This document shows positions 6,644 to 13,722 of a stretch of DNA of 13,722 nt, piece after piece (the first letter of the stretch is position 1; every line of letters starts with the position of its first letter). Where the stretch lies: positions 1 to 13,722 of the forward strand of contig JBLIRO010000061.1 of assembly GCA_049472335.1 (NCBI GenBank), read 5' to 3'. Position numbers and translations under genes: made by a program. This stretch comes from a bacterium. GTDB lineage: Bacteria; SZUA-182; DTGQ01; JAFGSM01. The notes below the pieces were generated by a model. The model worked only from the letters and a program-made list of their open reading frames with translations, did not search any database and was not told the origin of the DNA.

Positions 6644-6876
6644 TTCTGTTTTCCATAGAGATAGAGATCGTGATTTCCTGAGAGGTCGCTAGGACCTTCA
6701 CAGCAACCTATTGCTTTGTCCAACGGATTCTTTTTTTTGTCTTTTATTGCATTTTTTTGATCGCTTTGTACTATCTTGAATCTTATCCAATGGACAAATT
6801 CATAGATCTTGGAAAGGTCTTCTTCCGGGATATCTTCCAAATCCTCAGTTATTTGCTTCTTATAATCTCTTTTCAT
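6640..6876 (-). CDS. Putative antitoxin, intact but orphaned
   Basis: 78 aa with an AGGAG RBS. The C-terminal GPSDLSGNHDLYLYG is typical of PIN-associated antitoxins. Coupled to the vapC pseudogene. Confidence 0.8.
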   Translation of the reverse strand: MKRDYKKQITEDLEDIPEEDLSKIYEFVHWIRFKIVQSDQKNAIKDKKKNPLDKAIGCCEGPSDLSGNHDLYLYGKQK

Positions 6877-7069
6877 GAAAACCGTCTCCTTGCCAAAGAT
6901 AAAGAAAACATACCATTAATTTAATAATATCTATTAATTAGACTATCAGGCATAATATTATTCCTTGCCTCCATTTATAATCTTTAATTGTCTTTTAGAT
7001 TGTTGTCGATATTTCAAAACTTAATCCCAAAGCATTTAAAAATAAGCGTGCATTTTTAAACAGCTAAAT

Positions 7070-7319
7070 TGTCACAAAATTTTTAATTTTAGAAGATTTT
7101 CTTAAATTCTATCATATATTATTAAATTTTAGAAGAATTTTTTAATAGTGGAGTTAATAATTCACTATCTGTGGAACTTATTATTGAAAACCTGGCACTC
7201 AGGCAACAGCTTTTTACCTACAAGGTGAAAATATAAAATCAATAATAAAAGAAAGATATCGCTCCTTTTGGATTGCACTAAAAAAATTATGGCATAAATT
7301 GACTGATACTTTGATCTGA
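7070..7319 (+). pseudogene. N-terminal remnant of an integrase-core (rve/DDE) transposase
   Basis: ELIIENLALRQQL (7174-7212), then a frameshift, then RYRSFWIALKKLWHKLTDTLI* (to 7319). This fits the ENLALRQQL...DRxFW..L...W N-terminus of that family as I recall it. A possible TG end lies at 7070. Confidence 0.65.
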
Positions 7320-7500
7320 TATCTGAGTAAGTATAAGTCCAAGAATCCGGATCATAAAAAGCGTCAATCATGGATTACATCCCTAAAAAATCCTCGAGAA
7401 ATATGTTATGAATGATGTTAGAATCATCAATAGTATCAAAAACTGGATTCCTATTAGAGGATTTTACGGCTGGATTGGGATGGTGGAATTTTATACAAAG

Positions 7501-8187
7501 TTATCCCATTTGTTCAGTCTTTTTTTCCTTTTGTAAATCATTAAGTCTTTCAATTAAATATTCTTTCCCGTCAATTTCTTTATCCAGTGCCATTCTATAA
7601 ATTTGTTCCGCTCTTTCATAATCAGGTGAAAAGTTCCTGTTCATTCCCAGAAAATACATATCGCCCCAACCAATATATCCCCATATATTTTGAGGATATT
7701 CCTTGATTAATTTTTTAAAACACCCCTCACCTTTTTCAATATCTCCAATTGCAAAATAGGACTCTGCAACCGCTCTTTTCATATTATGCAAAATCGAACT
7801 ATCAGTTTCAGGAAATATGGAGCAAAATTCACTGCAATAATCTATCCTTTTTTTATAAAAAAACTCATCAATTCTTCCTGCATTCTCAAGTTCCATTTCT
7901 AAATCTTGACACCAGTTATATAAAGATTGTAGTCCGGAAAAAATCTTTTCTGCATCCTTGATATTTTTCATTTCCGGTCTAAATCTTATTTTTAATCTAT
8001 TCCAGACTTCCAGCCAGATTTTACAGGCTTCGGTAATTTCTTCCTTTTCTGAAAGCGAATAACCATCTTGCATCAATTTGTCTAACTCGTCATACCCATT
8101 ATTTCTTGATCTTCCTAAACAGCATTTTTTGTATTTTTTCCCGCTCCCGCAAGGACATGGTTCGTTTCTACCTGTTTTATTTTTCAT
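7501..8187 (-). CDS. SEC-C motif / TPR-like protein
   Basis: N-terminal GRNEPCPCGSGKKYKKCC, and helical TPR-like C-terminal repeats (AESYFAIGDIEKGEGCFKKLIKEYPQNIWGYIGWGDMY). Confidence 0.9.
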   Translation of the reverse strand: MKNKTGRNEPCPCGSGKKYKKCCLGRSRNNGYDELDKLMQDGYSLSEKEEITEACKIWLEVWNRLKIRFRPEMKNIKDAEKIFSGLQSLYNWCQDLEMELENAGRIDEFFYKKRIDYCSEFCSIFPETDSSILHNMKRAVAESYFAIGDIEKGEGCFKKLIKEYPQNIWGYIGWGDMYFLGMNRNFSPDYERAEQIYRMALDKEIDGKEYLIERLNDLQKEKKTEQMG

Positions 8188-8474
8188 TTTGGTGTTTATC
8201 CTTGGTATATGATCTTTTCTCTTTTTTTAATGTATAAATTACTTCTGGTGACGGCAGGCAAAATGTCATGTATGTTGATAATCTATTTTTTTGCCGTTTT
8301 TATGTTTCTATAATAAATACATTAGAATTTCTTTTAGAATCAGCGAGGATATTATTTTTTAAAAAATTTAAATAACCGTATAGGCCAAATTATCCCCCAG
8401 TCATCTTATTGATTGAAATGATAATACGTAACATTACCTTTCCAATTAAATCCATAGGTTCATCCATATCTTTC

Positions 8475-8784
8475 AAACAATCAAATACTTTTGATGCCCT
8501 GGTTGCCTCCTATAGCATGGTGCTGATCCGATACCTCATGTTAGTATTTATTCTGAATAGATATGATCTTCAAGGCCCCATTGGACCCCTATTTAAAAAG
8601 ATTTCAGATAATAACTTGTATCTGAGTATAGCAGCAAAGATGTGGGACCATATCTAAGATTTTATGATCACTTTAAGTGACCTAATTTGCTATCAAATTG
8701 AACCCGACGCTATTATGCATTTTCTTGATTTTATTGAGGAAGTAATTAGAAAATATATGCTTGTTCTAAGTGCGAAACTTTAGT
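8475..8784 (+). pseudogene. 3' remnant of an IS4/IS701-like transposase with its terminal repeat
   Basis: QSNTFDALVASYSMVLIRYLMLV...GPIGPLF continues in frame past an internal TAA (8655-8657) to ...SAKL* at 8783. It ends in TGCGAAACTTTAGT (8771-8784), which resembles such IS ends from memory. Confidence 0.65.
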
Positions 8785-8884
8785 TACTTCTTATACATAA
8801 TGAACAGATTAAAAAAACGGAATCATTTGCTTCGTCCCGTCTCAGGGTCAGAGATCATATCCAGGTATCGACAATTATTTTCAT
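8785..8884 (-). pseudogene. vapC: Dead VapC toxin, N-terminal fragment
   Basis: MKIIVDTWI*SLTLRRDE resembles the VDTxxWSLxLRR PIN subfamily. TGA falls at codon 10 (8855-8857) and the gene is truncated near the IS end. Confidence 0.75.
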
Positions 8885-9020
8885 CCTTTATTCCTTTATG
8901 ATTTATAATCATAGTCTGCATCATAATCGATTTTACCAAATAAATCCAAAATTTTTGCCCCATTCGTTGAATATATTCCAATAACGCATTGTTGACAGCC
9001 TCTTTTTTTGTCCTGTGGTT
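8881..9020 (-). pseudogene. vapB: Dead VapB antitoxin, 5'-truncated and frameshifted
   Basis: HRTKKEAVNNALLEYIQR, a frameshift, then ILDLFGKIDYDADYDYKS*RNKG*. ATGA overlap with the vapC remnant. Confidence 0.78.
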
Positions 9021-9138
9021 TAAAATATTAACAAAGAATAAAGAAAATACAGAATATTTTCAAAAGATTGGATTTTGGCCCTAACAAGTCTATAATCCTT
9101 CTTAAGAAACCAGTTTGATTATACATCAGGAGGATAAA

Positions 9139-9840
9139 ATGAAAAAAAACAATGCAACAACCGGAGTTTGCCAGATCTGTAAAAAGAAGCTCGGCTCCAG
9201 GGAGTTAACTCCATTGGCCATCGTTAGAGAACCCATCAGGGAAGTCATCAGGGAAGACTATCCTGAACTGCCCTCGAATGGCTTTATATGCAATTCTGAC
9301 CTCAACCGTTTCAGATTTGAGTATGTGAGGAGAGTCTTAGAGTCCAACAAGGGTGAAATTACGACCCTGGAAAACGAGGTCATTGATAGCCTCAAACATC
9401 AGGAACTATTATCCAACGACATAAATGCCGCTTTCGATCGACAATTGACATTCGGGGAAAAGCTATCGGACAGGATTGCCGAATTCGGGGGAAGCTGGCG
9501 TTTTATAATTATTTTTACCGGTATCCTGTTAATATGAATCACAATAAATTCCGCTCTCATATTGTGGAAGCCCTTTGATCCATATCCGTTCATCTTGCTG
9601 AATCTGGTGCTTTCCTGCCTTGCCGCCTTACAGGCCCCCATTATCATGATGAGTCAGAACCGGCAGGAAGACAAGGATCGCATGCGATCAGAGCATGATT
9701 ATATAATCAATCTCAAGGCAGAGCTCGAGATACGCCACCTGCATGAAAAGATAGACCACCTGCTTAAAAACCAGTGGGAACGGCTCCTGGAGATTCAGAA
9801 TATCCAGTTGGAGCTTATGGAGGAGATCGTCCAAAAATGA
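9139..9840 (+). pseudogene. DUF1003 membrane protein interrupted by one in-frame TGA
   Basis: AGGAGG precedes ATG 9139. Motifs FGGSWRFII, FDPYPFILLNL, AALQAPIIMMSQNRQ and NLKAELEIRHLHEKID. The two track ORFs are in frame, joined by ILLI-TGA(9535-9537)-ITINSALIL. Confidence 0.9.
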
Positions 9841-9894
9841 TGGAGGCCTATGAGACAACATATAATCTCCTTATCTCTAAGTCCCTTATTCCAA

Positions 9895-11133
9895 TCAAGG
9901 CAACATTGTAAATATCTTTCTGGCTATGTCAGGATATCTGGCAATAAACCTCAGCTCATTCTCGATAAGAGGTTTCTGGTTATGGACATTGGCATACCGG
10001 ACCAGCTCTAAAACATTTGCCGCCTCTTTTTCATCGTGAAATTTTATCTCCAGTTTATCATAGACATTACGGAATCCCTTAATACCACTATATTCGCCGG
10101 CGGTTATCTGCCTGCCTGTTTCAATTATCTCTGGCTCTCCGCGCCCAAGTTCTTCAAAATCATATAGCTCATAGTTTCGCCTGTCCTTTAACGCGCCATC
10201 GGCATGTATACCCGATTCATGGGCAAACGCGTTAGCCCCTACGCCGGGCTGATTAATAGGGATCGGAACACTAAAGGCGTATGAAGAATATTTCGCAATC
10301 TTCCAGGCCGTGTTTAGTTTAATCCGTTCATCCAGGATGTACCTGTCTCTGAATCCGCTTGAATATTTTATGGCCAATATTACCGAAACCAAATCCGCGT
10401 TCCCTGCCCTTTCACCTGTCCCATTGACCGTGGTATTGATATAAGCATCCACTCCTGCATCAATGGCTGCCTTTGCCCCTGCCAACGATGTGGCTACAAC
10501 CATGCCAAGATCATTATGACAATGGAGCTCTATAGGGATCTTTACTTCAGAAGCCAGATTATTTATCCTGTCATAAATGGTGAATGGATCATCAAAGCCC
10601 AATGTATCGCAATAGCGTATTCTATCCGCGCCATGCTCTTTTGCGGCCCCGGCAAATCTGATCAGATAATCCATATCGGTTCGCGAAGCATCCTCGGCAT
10701 TCACCCCTATAGTCTTTATCCCTTTTTTCTTTGCCAAGTCCACGGCTTCGGTCATCTCTCTGATTACTTCCTCTTTTGAAAATTTTCCCTTGAATTTGCC
10801 CCGGATCATCTGTTCCGAGGTGGAAATAGAAAGGTTAAGGTGCTCTACCTTGGTCAGTTTTGTTCCCTGTTCGACATCTTCAGGTATAGCCCGGACCCAC
10901 CCCTCCAGGATTATAGGCTTCAGCACTCCCATTTTTGCCAGCTCCAAATTTGCATTAATATAGTTTGTCTCATGTCGGGTCACAGGGAAGCCGAATTCAC
11001 TCTGATAAACCCCCATTTCATTCAGGTAGATATTTATCATGGTCTTTTGCAATTTTGATAAACATATCCTGGAGGTCTGGACACCATCCCTGTTTGTCAC
11101 ATCTATGATATAGATCCTGGGCATTTTTCTCAT
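9895..11133 (-). CDS. DRE-TIM metallolyase, homocitrate synthase-like; probable Re-citrate synthase
   Basis: Motifs DVTNRDGVQ, AEDASR, CDTLG, HCHNDLG, NGTGERAGNA and AFAHESGIHADG. There is no LeuA regulatory domain. Confidence 0.88.
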   Translation of the reverse strand: MRKMPRIYIIDVTNRDGVQTSRICLSKLQKTMINIYLNEMGVYQSEFGFPVTRHETNYINANLELAKMGVLKPIILEGWVRAIPEDVEQGTKLTKVEHLNLSISTSEQMIRGKFKGKFSKEEVIREMTEAVDLAKKKGIKTIGVNAEDASRTDMDYLIRFAGAAKEHGADRIRYCDTLGFDDPFTIYDRINNLASEVKIPIELHCHNDLGMVVATSLAGAKAAIDAGVDAYINTTVNGTGERAGNADLVSVILAIKYSSGFRDRYILDERIKLNTAWKIAKYSSYAFSVPIPINQPGVGANAFAHESGIHADGALKDRRNYELYDFEELGRGEPEIIETGRQITAGEYSGIKGFRNVYDKLEIKFHDEKEAANVLELVRYANVHNQKPLIENELRFIARYPDIARKIFTMLP

Positions 11134-11305
11134 CTCCTTTCAAACACCATTGAATATTAAGAATACAAATTTTTAAATCCGGTTGAAAACTTCAACAATA
11201 ACCTCTGAGGGACCAAGTAATATCCAGGTAATATAAAGATGAATCACATAATTTACCAAAATTACAAGGGTGCGGATTTTCAATCAAAGCAAGCGAATCC
11301 GGCCA

Positions 11306-11893
11306 TCAAGTCCATGAAGATATAAAATATTCAATACCTTTTCTAACTATCATCACGCTGATTGCGGCAAGCAAAAGACTTGCTATCTTTGAAACCGTTT
11401 TTGCGCCTGCCTTGCCTAAAAATCCTATTATATATTGGGAAAAAAAGAATACAATACCCGCAATCAGGATATTGGCCAAAATGGCCAAGGATGTTATCAG
11501 AAAATTATATTCATTGAGCAGAAGGATAGAGGTCGTCAATACAGCAGGCCCGGTAATCAGAGGCACGCCCAAAGGCACGGCTCCCAGGCTTTCAGGGTCC
11601 ACCCGTCTCTGGGTCTTTTCCGTAGTGATTAAATCGCTTATGGAAATCACAAAAAGCAGTATTCCTCCTGCCACCATGAAATCAGCAATAGTGATGCCCA
11701 ACAGCTTAAATACAGCAATCCCTATTGCCAGAAAAAGGAGGGCCACAACCGATGCAGTGATAACCGATTGATAGATGATCGACCGGATAATCTGCCTGTC
11801 CATACTTTCGGTGAGGCCTATAAACATTGGCAGAATACCAAAGGCATCAACCGCGACAAAGAGCGGAACAAAACAAAGCCAGAATTCTTTCAT
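11306..11893 (-). CDS. marC: MarC family integral membrane protein
   Basis: Six hydrophobic segments, FMVAGGILLF, and AVPLGVPLITGPAVLT. Confidence 0.93.
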   Translation of the reverse strand: MKEFWLCFVPLFVAVDAFGILPMFIGLTESMDRQIIRSIIYQSVITASVVALLFLAIGIAVFKLLGITIADFMVAGGILLFVISISDLITTEKTQRRVDPESLGAVPLGVPLITGPAVLTTSILLLNEYNFLITSLAILANILIAGIVFFFSQYIIGFLGKAGAKTVSKIASLLLAAISVMIVRKGIEYFISSWT

Positions 11894-11946
11894 GTGTTTC
11901 CATAAGCGATCTAAGGCGCCTATTACCTTACAACCTGTTGTTGTTT

Positions 11947-13722
<1,776 letters not shown>

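Noticed and set aside
7165..7600. ORFs 7165-7371 (-) and 7412-7600 (+)
   Set aside because: They are largely antisense to the transposase remnant or the SEC-C gene, with no recognisable motifs.
8389..8472. Minus-strand fragment KDMDEPMDLIGKVMLRIIISINKMTGG*
   Set aside because: It could be another gene tail cut by the IS remnant, but it is too short to assign.
8855..9537. UGA=Trp recoding or selenocysteine, suggested by two TGA codons at Trp positions
   Set aside because: TGA is a true stop in many genes here (1929-1931 aligns with TAA of the paralog; ATGA overlaps), TGG is abundant, and the positions are not Cys sites.

Overview
The window has two parts. The left ~9 kb is a decaying accessory/insertion hotspot. 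It holds the 5' half of a minus-strand group II intron with its RT gene (running off the left edge), a TCTGAT-rich repeat patch, and two tandem paralogous secreted Tyr/Pro-rich proteins with a strongly conserved C-terminus. It continues with fused gene scraps (TPR, WD40, aromatic-rich tail) and a truncated integrative element (ATPase-tail/nuclease ORF, xis-like HTH overlapping a tyrosine integrase, tRNA-derived att core with arm/IHF-like sites on both sides). It ends with one intact and two dead vapBC pairs, two IS remnants and a SEC-C/TPR gene. The right part is chromosomal backbone: a DUF1003 gene broken by one in-frame TGA, a DRE-TIM acyltransferase (probable Re-citrate/homocitrate synthase), marC, groEL and a 64-bp tandem repeat at the edge. 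Family assignments come from motif recognition by eye, not from database searches. The best novelty candidates are the secreted paralog pair and the xis/int dual-coding arrangement with its internal promoter and hybrid att site.
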